Source: Candidatus Melainabacteria bacterium 17Bon1m (GTDB taxonomy: Bacteria > Cyanobacteriota > Vampirovibrionia > Obscuribacterales > Obscuribacteraceae). From it: 64,000 bases of DNA. The DNA is taken from assembly GCA_032128875.1 (NCBI GenBank), contig JAVLKG010000008.1, positions 192,001 to 256,000 on the forward strand, read 5' to 3'. The notes below the pieces were generated by a model. It was given only the letters and a program-made list of their open reading frames with translations, ran no database searches and had not been told where the DNA came from. Both the position numbers and the translations under genes were made by a program. Shown here piece by piece: positions 29,767-38,501 of this stretch; positions within the stretch are counted from its first letter, which is position 1, and every line of letters starts with the position of its first letter.

Positions 29767-30750
29767 ATGACAAATGGTAAAACCAAAGGACATCGACTTC
29801 AGGAAGAACTCTTCCGCTGGTACGTTACCGTCTTCCGTGGCGATAACTGCGGTGAGACTACTCCGACGGCGCAGAGGCTGAATGGCCTCAAGCACCACGT
29901 TGAAGTCCTCATCAGAGCAGGCTGGACACTCACGATGAGTGCAGACAACTCGCCAGCAGACAAGGCCGGCGTCGACTTCATCTGGGAAAACCCCAGCCGC
30001 GGATGGTTCCCGCTCGACGCCAAAGCGATGGGATCGACGAGCTGCCGTCTCATCACGCAAGTACACGTCGGCAACAACACTGATGCCGGCGAGTTCAAGC
30101 AACTGCGTTTCGAGGACAGAATCGCGTTCCTCGAAACGCTGGTCAACCTGGCTCGCTCGGGTCGCCCCGTCAGCCATGCCTGCTGCCCGCCTCCCGGCGT
30201 CACTCCGGTGGCGGCGGCCCAGCTTCTCGATGGACTGAAGAAGCTCGAGCGGCAACTCGAAAAGTCGGCGTCTTGCGACGAACGGCTTGGCGAGTGGGCA
30301 GTTGCCCTGGGCAAAGCGATCGGGTACCAAAAGCGACAGGTACGCGGTGGTCCTAGCGAAGAGGCGACATCGTCGGCGCAGAAGCTCATCGCTTCGGCGA
30401 TCGATGCATTCTTCGTGTCGTTTCTCAACGGCAACAACGTCACCTTCGCATCGCAGCAAATGCGCTTGCAGCCCAACCTCCGCCGCCACGACCGACTCCA
30501 GTATCTCTTCACTGGCGACGTCATCAAGGCGACGGTCGGCAATGCGCAAGAGCTCGTCGTCCTCTCCGGATTGGCGTCGCTCATCAAGAAGCGTTTCGAA
30601 GCGCGCTACAGCGAGCTGATCGGGCTGCACCGCAGCGCCGACTGGCTCATGCAGCGCAAGCGCACCTTCGAGACGAAGGGTGTGGAATGCGTCATCCATG
30701 CGGTTCTCGACGCGTTCCAACGGCAGTCGGGCGCACGCCGCGCGGCGTAG
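29767..30750 (+). CDS. Hypothetical protein with putative PD-(D/E)XK nuclease N-terminal domain
   Basis: KG..QE helix, D-KAGVDFIW and FPLDAK pattern. Confidence 0.55.
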   Translation: MTNGKTKGHRLQEELFRWYVTVFRGDNCGETTPTAQRLNGLKHHVEVLIRAGWTLTMSADNSPADKAGVDFIWENPSRGWFPLDAKAMGSTSCRLITQVHVGNNTDAGEFKQLRFEDRIAFLETLVNLARSGRPVSHACCPPPGVTPVAAAQLLDGLKKLERQLEKSASCDERLGEWAVALGKAIGYQKRQVRGGPSEEATSSAQKLIASAIDAFFVSFLNGNNVTFASQQMRLQPNLRRHDRLQYLFTGDVIKATVGNAQELVVLSGLASLIKKRFEARYSELIGLHRSADWLMQRKRTFETKGVECVIHAVLDAFQRQSGARRAA

Positions 30751-30821
30751 CCTCAGGCCCGACAAGCAGCAACAGGGGGCGCAAGTCCCCTGTCCCTCAA
30801 CCCAAAACCGGCAAAACCAAC

Positions 30822-31052
30822 ATGCCAAAGTGTCCTCCGCCTGCAATCTCAGGAACGCGTTCTCCACGGCCGCGCCTACTACTCGAAGCGTTCGTGCTGC
30901 TCTGCGTGGCTGTCGTCGCTGTCTGCGCCGGCATCGCCGCGCACTCTCCGCAGTGGCACAACGTGTGCTTGCTCATCGGCGCGCTCGTCATGATTCCGAT
31001 GTGTTGGGCTGCTGAACGCACGCTCGACACGTCGCAATCGACGAACTCCTGA
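30822..31052 (+). CDS. Small two-helix membrane protein
   Basis: Two hydrophobic segments, followed by a hairpin and pyrimidine run. Confidence 0.5.
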   Translation: MPKCPPPAISGTRSPRPRLLLEAFVLLCVAVVAVCAGIAAHSPQWHNVCLLIGALVMIPMCWAAERTLDTSQSTNS

Positions 31053-31240
31053 ACTCGAGCATCAAGAAGAAACTGGAAACCGGCAGACAAGGCGCCTTTC
31101 AAGAGCGCCATCTGCCTGCTCTCCTCTCTCTTCTTTTTTCAAAACATTTCTACTGCTTGCTTTAGTATATCCCGCAAAACCAGCCGACAATCTTCTGGAT
31201 GCCCCAGAGAGATTGCCGGCCGCGTTTCAATTGCTAATTG

Positions 31241-31432
31241 CTAGCATTCACAAGCCCAACTTCGAGGCGGACAAGTGCAGATGTATTCTCTCTCCTTTAC
31301 GAAAACCGGTCCGCCAGGAGTAGCAACGATCATGGGCGGACGTTGAGCTCTCGGCGTGAAAGCAGTCCTTACAGGACCGGCCGGAGTGGAAAACTTCCTC
31401 AATGGCACATCTTCTGCCGCTTTCAAAAGCAT
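31241..31432 (-). CDS. Small hypothetical protein
   Basis: GGAG RBS before ATG 31432, 63 aa, overlaps the upstream gene end by 10 bp. Confidence 0.4.
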   Translation of the reverse strand: MLLKAAEDVPLRKFSTPAGPVRTAFTPRAQRPPMIVATPGGPVFVKEREYICTCPPRSWACEC

Positions 31433-31986
31433 GGCAAATTCTCCCAATTGTTTACTCTGTGGGACGTGTGACACTTCTTTCCGAAATTCCGCACCACAGT
31501 TCCAACCGGAACTCGAAACTCCTGCACCTTCAGAACATCACGATCAGGTATGAAGAGTGCCCAGTTGTAGAGAAACGACTCACGATCGGGCTCATTAACG
31601 ATCGTGCGCCAGTAACCGATATGCATAAGTGATGGGTCTTCGATAATATCCACCCGAGAGTCAGCCGGCACCTCACGACTGTGGCCCACGGCGTCGTCGA
31701 GCAGAGAGAATCGGTAGGTGGGTCCCCTGCCGATGTTATCCGTACCATAGAGAAAAAAGCCGATCTCTCCCCGGAAATGTACAGTACGCACGAGCGCGGA
31801 CTCTTGAGAGACAACCTCCTTACGCGGCAGCAAACAACTGATAGACATTGCCACCAACGCACCACTCAAAATGCCGAAATACACACCGACAATTTGCCCG
31901 AGCAAGATTTCCCAAAAGCGCCCGCCCCAAGCGCCTACAAGCCCGAAGTAGCCACCTATGAATACGAAAAGGCAAACCGTGTTCAT
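31423..31986 (-). CDS. Hypothetical membrane protein
   Basis: AAGGGA RBS, two N-terminal TM helices then a beta-rich domain ending EFRVPVGT. Confidence 0.6.
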   Translation of the reverse strand: MNTVCLFVFIGGYFGLVGAWGGRFWEILLGQIVGVYFGILSGALVAMSISCLLPRKEVVSQESALVRTVHFRGEIGFFLYGTDNIGRGPTYRFSLLDDAVGHSREVPADSRVDIIEDPSLMHIGYWRTIVNEPDRESFLYNWALFIPDRDVLKVQEFRVPVGTVVRNFGKKCHTSHRVNNWENLPCF

Positions 31987-32624
31987 CTGAATTTCCCTTC
32001 TTTGGATTTTGCAGTTTGATTCTGTTCGGACCCTGCTATGCAAGTTCCGCTGTGCAAACGCGCTTTGCACCCGATCAGTTGATTAAACGAAGATTGGTTT
32101 TTTCAACATCGTCTTTCTCCTTTCTAGAACGAGCCGCGCAATCTAAAACAGCCACACCGATTGAGACTTATAGTCCTCGGCACAGCTTTAGATAGTTGCG
32201 CAATAGAGCCGATAAAGAGAGCGTGCGGTCCAATTTCGACGATAGTCGATTCGAACTTTTTCAGAGTCGGTGCGCTGCTTTATCTTCTCAGGTGATGGTG
32301 CTCTCAAACATTCCAATGGCTCGTTTGTCGTCAGAATAGCGGGCAGCTCCGCTCTGATGCAAATATCGAACTCGATACGCTCAGCTCGATTTCATGGTGG
32401 TCTTTGGGATTATCCAAGCTGATCTTCGACTGTACACCAATCAATTTTTTTCGCGCCAGCTCATGAACGTTTTCACGCACTTTCCACTCCCTTCGCGTGA
32501 AAACAACGTCGAATGCGAACACAGTTATCGTTCAACGATATTTTTCACAGCTAAACAAAATCCTTTATTCCGCCAGCTTCGCGTCATTAGGTTCGAATCA
32601 TGGCAAATTTAGGAGAACGGTGCG

Positions 32625-32912
32625 ATGAGAAAAATTGTTGCAGCCAGCTGTCTGATCTTTGCTGCATGCTCATGGATTGTCGGAAGTGGTGCATTCAGCG
32701 AAACGAATTGGAATAACAATTATGTTCCAATCCGCCATTTAGGAGCAGACGAAGAAGAAAACTTGCTTCTTGAAGAACTGAGAATCTTGAAAAAGCTTGA
32801 CCAACTTTGTCTCGACCTCAAAGAAGTGCAAAGAAAAATAGAAGACGAGCGGCGCAAGTTGGATGAAATTCGTCATCGATTGTCGTGCATGAAATACAAA
32901 CGCACTTATTAA
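32625..32912 (+). CDS. Exported coiled-coil hypothetical protein
   Basis: AGGAG RBS, signal-peptide-like N-terminus, heptad-rich C-terminus. Confidence 0.55.
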   Translation: MRKIVAASCLIFAACSWIVGSGAFSETNWNNNYVPIRHLGADEEENLLLEELRILKKLDQLCLDLKEVQRKIEDERRKLDEIRHRLSCMKYKRTY

Positions 32913-33090
32913 CTAAATCAGTGTTTCAGGCTTCCGATGGCGCTCTTACATACCGCGTGGAAACGGCGTGAATTCATCTGCAAGTTGAACGAAGAGAAAG
33001 CACAGGCTTGAAACTTGCTAAACCGCAGTTGTAAGTCTTACTGAACAACTCCCAAATTGATATATTGTTTGCGGGCAAGTGGAAACTTTG

Positions 33091-33774
33091 ATGAAAAGAC
33101 TCTTGATCGTCGATGATGATGTTCGCTTCGCGCGAGAATTGAAAGACGCACTCGAGCACAACGACTGCTTCGTCGATGTCGTTACTTCTGGTGCAGACTG
33201 CCTGCGCGCCCTGCAACTGGCAAAATTCGATTTCATTCTGCTTGATTGGAATCTTGACGATATCACTGGCGTCGAGGTTTGCAGAAGATTTCGCGAATCG
33301 GGCGGCAAAACACCAATTATTTTCTTGACAGGAAGAAGTGAAATTACAGACAAAGAGACCGGTCTGGATGCAGGCGGCGACGACTATCTCACTAAGCCTT
33401 TCGATGTACGAGAATTGATGGCGCGCTTGCGCTCCGTGGAAAGACGCGTCGTTAATTTCGAGCGCGAATCATTCAGCTTCAAAGGACTAGAACTCAATCC
33501 AGCGCTAAGAATGGCCAGTTACGAAGGTCGCAAAGTCAGCTTGTCCAACATGGAGACAGAAGTTTTGATGCTGCTGATGCAGAATCGCGACCGCTATATG
33601 TCCGCCTCTGAAATCTATTCCCTTTTGTGGCCTGAGGGGTCGGGCTCCCACGACATAGTGCGCAGCCATATAAAACTTCTGCGACGCAGGCTTTCGAAAA
33701 TTGGCGCGGAAAATTTGGTAGAAACAAAAGCAGGAGTCGGTTACATTCTCATAAGCGCAGAGCGCGATCAGTAA
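33091..33774 (+). CDS. OmpR-family response regulator
   Basis: LIVDDD, LLDWNL, IIFLT, GGDDYLTKPF, winged-helix end GVGY. Confidence 0.92.
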   Translation: MKRLLIVDDDVRFARELKDALEHNDCFVDVVTSGADCLRALQLAKFDFILLDWNLDDITGVEVCRRFRESGGKTPIIFLTGRSEITDKETGLDAGGDDYLTKPFDVRELMARLRSVERRVVNFERESFSFKGLELNPALRMASYEGRKVSLSNMETEVLMLLMQNRDRYMSASEIYSLLWPEGSGSHDIVRSHIKLLRRRLSKIGAENLVETKAGVGYILISAERDQ

Positions 33775-33797
33775 ATCCAAAGTAAGGAAGAGCCAAA

Positions 33798-35234
33798 TTG
33801 CAAATTCGCGTTCTTCACAAGGGTATGATCTTCCTTTTCATCGCGGCGCTCCTGGTCGGAGTTTTTTTCTTTCGGACATACCAACTCGCCAGCAAAGCCT
33901 CAGCCATAGCAGCTAAAGATCTTCAACTCGCCCATCTTGTAGATATCCTCGATGAAACCACGATCGAATTTGCCAATGGACTAGCCGACTTTAGCCAGAA
34001 CGTTTTTTCTAGAAGCCCAGATAATCCGCATCCCAAGGCGCACCGCGAAAAGATCCAATCGCTTTTGAAAGAGGCGCGTAGTCTTATTGGCGAGTCGAAT
34101 GTTGATCCGTCGATTATTTCCGAAGTGGAAACGCTTTCACTAGAGCAATACAATCTTCTAATTTCTACCAAGCCCGGCGCTGACAATTCCAGGGCAACCA
34201 GCATCCAGACATTTCTGGACTATATGCCGAGGGCGAAGAAATTAGGTTCTAAGATTTTGGAATTGAGAAATCGACTTTTGGCAGAACGCAAAACTCTCGA
34301 GAACTTGCGAGAAGAAGCGCATGAGACTACCGAACAAATGAAGGCACAGACGGTAATCGGATTGGCTTGCGCGGCGCTGTTCCTGATAATACTGGCGGTC
34401 TCATTCTTGCAGGACATAACCAAACGACTCAATTTACTGATGGAAAATGCAAAACTCCTGCCTGGAGGCAGGTCTCTGCCAAATACTGTTTCAGGCAGCG
34501 ATGAAATTGCCTACCTCGATCAAGTATTGCATTTGGCATCACAGCAGCTGCAGCGTGCCGCCGAGCATCGCAAATCGATGGTTCAAATGCTAGCGCACGA
34601 CATTCGTGGTCCGATAGCTTCTTCGAAGTTGAGCCTTGCCACACTCTCTCGCACTGAAGATCCCAAGCAAGCAGTATCAAGCATAAAATCTGCAGAAAAC
34701 GATCTAAACCGCGCTGTTGTTCTTTTGGAAGATTTGCTCACCATAGATAGACTGGAGGCAGGAAAGCTAGACCTGGAAATAGCGCCCATCGAACTGCACA
34801 CACTAATTGCTCAAGTGACAGAGGCTCTTGCCACTCTGGCGTCTGCAAAAGGGATCGAGATAGCGGTCGCCAGTGAAGAGCCCATTGTCATCGAAGGAGA
34901 CAGGGCAAGGCTGATGCAGGTTCTGCAAAACCTGATCATAAACGCGATCAATCACTCAGACAAGTCAACGACCATTACGATCAGCTACAGTCAACAACCC
35001 GACCACACAAAGATTTGCATAAAAGATTGCGGCAAGGGAATCTCCAGAGAGAATCAAGCGCAAATCTTCGACCCTTTTGTGCAAGCAGAACAGCAAGGCA
35101 AAAATGGATTCGGATTAGGACTGGCCATATGCAAAAGGCTCGTGGAGGCACACGAAGGCGAACTTGGTTTTGATTCCAAAGAGGGCGAGGGAACGACCTT
35201 TTGGGTCAAACTTCCAAGGGAAGCTGATGTCTAG
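33798..35234 (+). CDS. Membrane sensor histidine kinase (HAMP-HisKA-HATPase)
   Basis: Two TMs, AHDIRGP, NLIINAI, DCGKGI, GFGLGLAI. Confidence 0.92.
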   Translation: MQIRVLHKGMIFLFIAALLVGVFFFRTYQLASKASAIAAKDLQLAHLVDILDETTIEFANGLADFSQNVFSRSPDNPHPKAHREKIQSLLKEARSLIGESNVDPSIISEVETLSLEQYNLLISTKPGADNSRATSIQTFLDYMPRAKKLGSKILELRNRLLAERKTLENLREEAHETTEQMKAQTVIGLACAALFLIILAVSFLQDITKRLNLLMENAKLLPGGRSLPNTVSGSDEIAYLDQVLHLASQQLQRAAEHRKSMVQMLAHDIRGPIASSKLSLATLSRTEDPKQAVSSIKSAENDLNRAVVLLEDLLTIDRLEAGKLDLEIAPIELHTLIAQVTEALATLASAKGIEIAVASEEPIVIEGDRARLMQVLQNLIINAINHSDKSTTITISYSQQPDHTKICIKDCGKGISRENQAQIFDPFVQAEQQGKNGFGLGLAICKRLVEAHEGELGFDSKEGEGTTFWVKLPREADV

Positions 35235-35248
35235 GCGGTCGCGTTTAC

Positions 35249-37462
35249 TCATTTTGGCAAGGTAAACCAAAAACGGCTTCCGCCTGGTGGTTCGCTTTCA
35301 ACACCGATGCTGCCGCCATGCGCTTCGACAATGGCTTTGCAAATTGCCAGCCCCAATCCAGTTCCGCCTTTTTCCTTTGCATCACCAGGAGACACCTGGT
35401 GAAAACGTTCGAAAATTAATTGCTGATGTTCTCTCGGCACACCGCGCCCATTATCCTCAACACTGATTTCTACAATGTCTTCTTTCACCTTTGCGTAAAG
35501 CTGCACTTTAGAATTGGGCGGCGAAAACTTGATTGCATTCGACAAGAGATTGACTACAACCTGAACCAGCCTATTTACATCGGCAGTGATAGCGACATCT
35601 ACTTGATCCTTGTGGATGCGAATTTTCTGGGCCTCACTCAGAGCGGAAACAGCATTGGCTGCCAGATCAAATATCTTTTCAAGATTGGTTTGCTGCGGCG
35701 CGATAGTTATAGAACCAGACTCCAATTTCTCCGCATCAAGTATTTCGTTGACCAGACCAATCAATCGATGAACGCTCTCCTCAGCTGTCTTCACAGACTC
35801 CTGCCCTTCTTCAGACAGGCTGCCAAAAAACCCCTTACCCAGCATCTGCAAGCAAACATGAATCGACATGAGAGGACTCTTCAACTCGTGCCCGACCATC
35901 GCCATAAAGCTCTGCTTGAGGCGCTCAGCCTCGTACTCACGACTGACATCCTTAACAATCAGCAATCGCCCTTTGAGCGAACTAGTATCATATGCAGTGC
36001 ACATCACTTCAGCAGGGAAGAGCCCACCATCAACTTTTTGCCCGTATATTCTTCGAGCAGGATGCAATGGAGGATTCATCAATTCTAGAAGTGCAACTCT
36101 CTTCTCGCCCAATCTATCCTGGCGAAACAGATCCGTAACCAGACGCTCAGACAGCTCATTTGCAGTGACGCCAAAGTGTTGCTCCGCGGCTGGATTTACA
36201 GAAACAACCTTGCCTTCCGGAGTCATCACAAGCAAAGCGAGCGGCATCATTTCGAAGACAGAACGCATTCGCTCTTCGCTGTGTTTTAGGGCATCTTCAG
36301 CGCGCCTGCGTTCTGTAATATCAAGAACGACACAAAATGCTCGCCCTTCCGCGTCCGACCATTGGATAGACCAAAGCACATCCCTCAGCACGCCAGAGCC
36401 TGTAATCAAGCGACATTCGAAGGACACTGCTTGATTTTGTGCAATGCACTCAGACAGCTTTCCCAAGAACATCTCACTGTCTCGGTCATGAATAATACGG
36501 GCAATCGGACCGCGGACAAGCTCATCTTGCTTGTATCCCCATGCCGCCACACAAGCTTGATTGACTTCTAGAACGCCCCCCTGCGCATTGAGCGAACAAA
36601 TAACTTCGCGTGCATTTTCGACAATTGCCCGTTCGCGACGGCGGGCTTCTTTAAGGCGTACAGCAGCTTCGTGCAAAACGCTATCGAGCTTGCCGATCTC
36701 ATCATCGCCCTCGACCGGAGGGTTTAGTTCTCTTTCCGCAACCAACCGATTCGAATTATCCATCACCACCAGCAGCCGCTTGGAGATGTTTCTTAGAAAG
36801 CCAAACATGAGCACCGCCGCCAATACCATATTCAAACCGACGGCAACCAGGAGAAAAGCATCAATCAGCCGACCATAGCTGCGGAATGTGCGTCCTTGCG
36901 CCTTAAGTTCTACCTCCTCCGCCTCGATAATCCTCCGAGTGTCGGCGAGCAAAGCATTTGTAATCTCGCGCAAAGACCGGCTGCGAGCAGCCATTTCCGA
37001 TGCAGCATTCTCACCCGTCGCTTTGGGCGACTGAATTATTTTGGCGGCAAGACCAAAGTCGCGGCGCATGCGGTCTGCCATTTCCTTCTGCGGACCATCA
37101 TCAGGCAACAACGCCTCCAACTCACCCATGCGCACCCGCGCTCTTTGCATAGCGCTCTCATAGCGGGTTCGCGCATATGCTTCCGGCATCATCGCGTCCA
37201 ACAAAAAATCGCTCACGGCAAAAACAACCGAATTTCCCAGTGCATTCGCAGAAGTCATAATCTGCCTGGAATGCGCTTCTCGATCAGCTTGCACTTGCGC
37301 GTCATCGAGAAGAAACTTCAGACCAGCGATAAAGAAAAATGACAGCAGCAGCGGAACCGCGATGATAATGAAGCCCTGACGCGACAACGACGAGCGAAAT
37401 ATCGGGCTCGCGCCACCATTGTTCTTAGTTTTAGATATCGAGCTTTCAGCTTCTTCTGTCAT
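35249..37462 (-). CDS. Sensor histidine kinase with HAMP and two PAS domains
   Basis: Two TMs, PAS motifs (VNQA..DITERRRAE; VNPAAE..KDVS), GHELKSPL, NLLSNAIKF, GTGLGLAI. Confidence 0.93.
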   Translation of the reverse strand: MTEEAESSISKTKNNGGASPIFRSSLSRQGFIIIAVPLLLSFFFIAGLKFLLDDAQVQADREAHSRQIMTSANALGNSVVFAVSDFLLDAMMPEAYARTRYESAMQRARVRMGELEALLPDDGPQKEMADRMRRDFGLAAKIIQSPKATGENAASEMAARSRSLREITNALLADTRRIIEAEEVELKAQGRTFRSYGRLIDAFLLVAVGLNMVLAAVLMFGFLRNISKRLLVVMDNSNRLVAERELNPPVEGDDEIGKLDSVLHEAAVRLKEARRRERAIVENAREVICSLNAQGGVLEVNQACVAAWGYKQDELVRGPIARIIHDRDSEMFLGKLSECIAQNQAVSFECRLITGSGVLRDVLWSIQWSDAEGRAFCVVLDITERRRAEDALKHSEERMRSVFEMMPLALLVMTPEGKVVSVNPAAEQHFGVTANELSERLVTDLFRQDRLGEKRVALLELMNPPLHPARRIYGQKVDGGLFPAEVMCTAYDTSSLKGRLLIVKDVSREYEAERLKQSFMAMVGHELKSPLMSIHVCLQMLGKGFFGSLSEEGQESVKTAEESVHRLIGLVNEILDAEKLESGSITIAPQQTNLEKIFDLAANAVSALSEAQKIRIHKDQVDVAITADVNRLVQVVVNLLSNAIKFSPPNSKVQLYAKVKEDIVEISVEDNGRGVPREHQQLIFERFHQVSPGDAKEKGGTGLGLAICKAIVEAHGGSIGVESEPPGGSRFWFTLPK

Positions 37463-37596
37463 CTAAAAGACTTAGCTTCCGATAAAAACATTCAGAAGAA
37501 GACTTCTTCTGAGTTTATATATAAGAGCATACAGAGGCAGTTTAGAGTGCCTTATAAATTAGGGCATACAGGTGTTTCAATTTCCTTGCCCGTTCC

Positions 37597-37650
37597 GTAG
37601 GGGAACCGCATGCGGCACCCTGCCAGAGTGGCGCATGCGCCGCCCGTTAC
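37597..37650 (+). repeat. GTAG-type REP doublet (partly degenerate)
   Basis: GTAGGGGAACCGCATGCGGCACCC-tgcc-AGAGTGGCGCATGCGCCGCCCGTTAC. Confidence 0.75.
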
Positions 37651-37658
37651 AGGAAAGC

Positions 37659-38339
37659 CTACTCTTTGCCATCCCAGCGATAGCCGGAGCCACGAACGGT
37701 AGTGAGCGGGCATTTTCCCGAAGCGTCCGTCAACTTGCTGCGCACTCTGCCGACAGCGACTCGCACAGCCGCGACACTTGCATCCTCCGCATCAGGCCAA
37801 ACTCTCGCCATTAGCGCTTCCGGCGAAAACACTTCACCCGGGTGTCGCATAAGAAATTCCAGCAGGTCATATTCGCGCGGCGCCAGGTTCAACTCCTTTC
37901 CGTCAAAAGTCGCTGAGTGCCCGGCCTTCTCGATCTCAATCGACTCGGACTTAATCGCCTCCACCTCCACCTGATTAGCTCTCCTGAGAAGTGTTCTTAT
38001 ACGAGCAGAAAGTTCACCCGCCGCAAACGGCTTCGTCAGATAATCATCGGCACCGGCGTCCAGTCCGGCAATGCGATCTTCGATGGTTTCGCGAGCAGTT
38101 AAGAGCAGGATAGGTATTTTCTTGTTCTTCTCACGCACGCGCTTGCAGACCTCAATGCCGTCCATCTTCGGCATCTCCCAGTCCATTACCACGCAATCGA
38201 ACGGGTAACTGAGCAAAAGTTCGAGGGCTTGCTCACCATCGCGAGCTGTTTCCACCACATGGTGGTCCTCATGCTTAAGCCATGCCGAAAGCATTACAAG
38301 CAAGCTGTAATCGTCATCAGCCAGTAATACTTTTGCCAT
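37659..38339 (-). CDS. OmpR-family response regulator
   Basis: LLADDD, MDWEMP, LLLTAR, GADDYLTKPF, TVRGSGYR. Confidence 0.93.
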   Translation of the reverse strand: MAKVLLADDDYSLLVMLSAWLKHEDHHVVETARDGEQALELLLSYPFDCVVMDWEMPKMDGIEVCKRVREKNKKIPILLLTARETIEDRIAGLDAGADDYLTKPFAAGELSARIRTLLRRANQVEVEAIKSESIEIEKAGHSATFDGKELNLAPREYDLLEFLMRHPGEVFSPEALMARVWPDAEDASVAAVRVAVGRVRSKLTDASGKCPLTTVRGSGYRWDGKE

Positions 38340-38501
38340 GGAAAAACGCTCTCGAGACCCCTTTAACTATATCTGCCACGGGCTGGTGGCAATACTGCGC
38401 CGGTTTGCGGCGAAGATAACGAAATTGTGGCAGGGCATTCACCAAGCCGTTAACTTCGCAACATATTCTCAAGGAGTTGCTACCCCCTGGAGTACACGAT
38501 T

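Noticed and set aside
25500-31100. Prophage or integrative-element interpretation of the GC-rich clusters
   Set aside because: No integrase, terminase, capsid, relaxase or flanking att repeats recognised.
32585-32605. GGTTCGAATC resembling a tRNA T-loop
   Set aside because: Flanks do not form a T-stem or cloverleaf.
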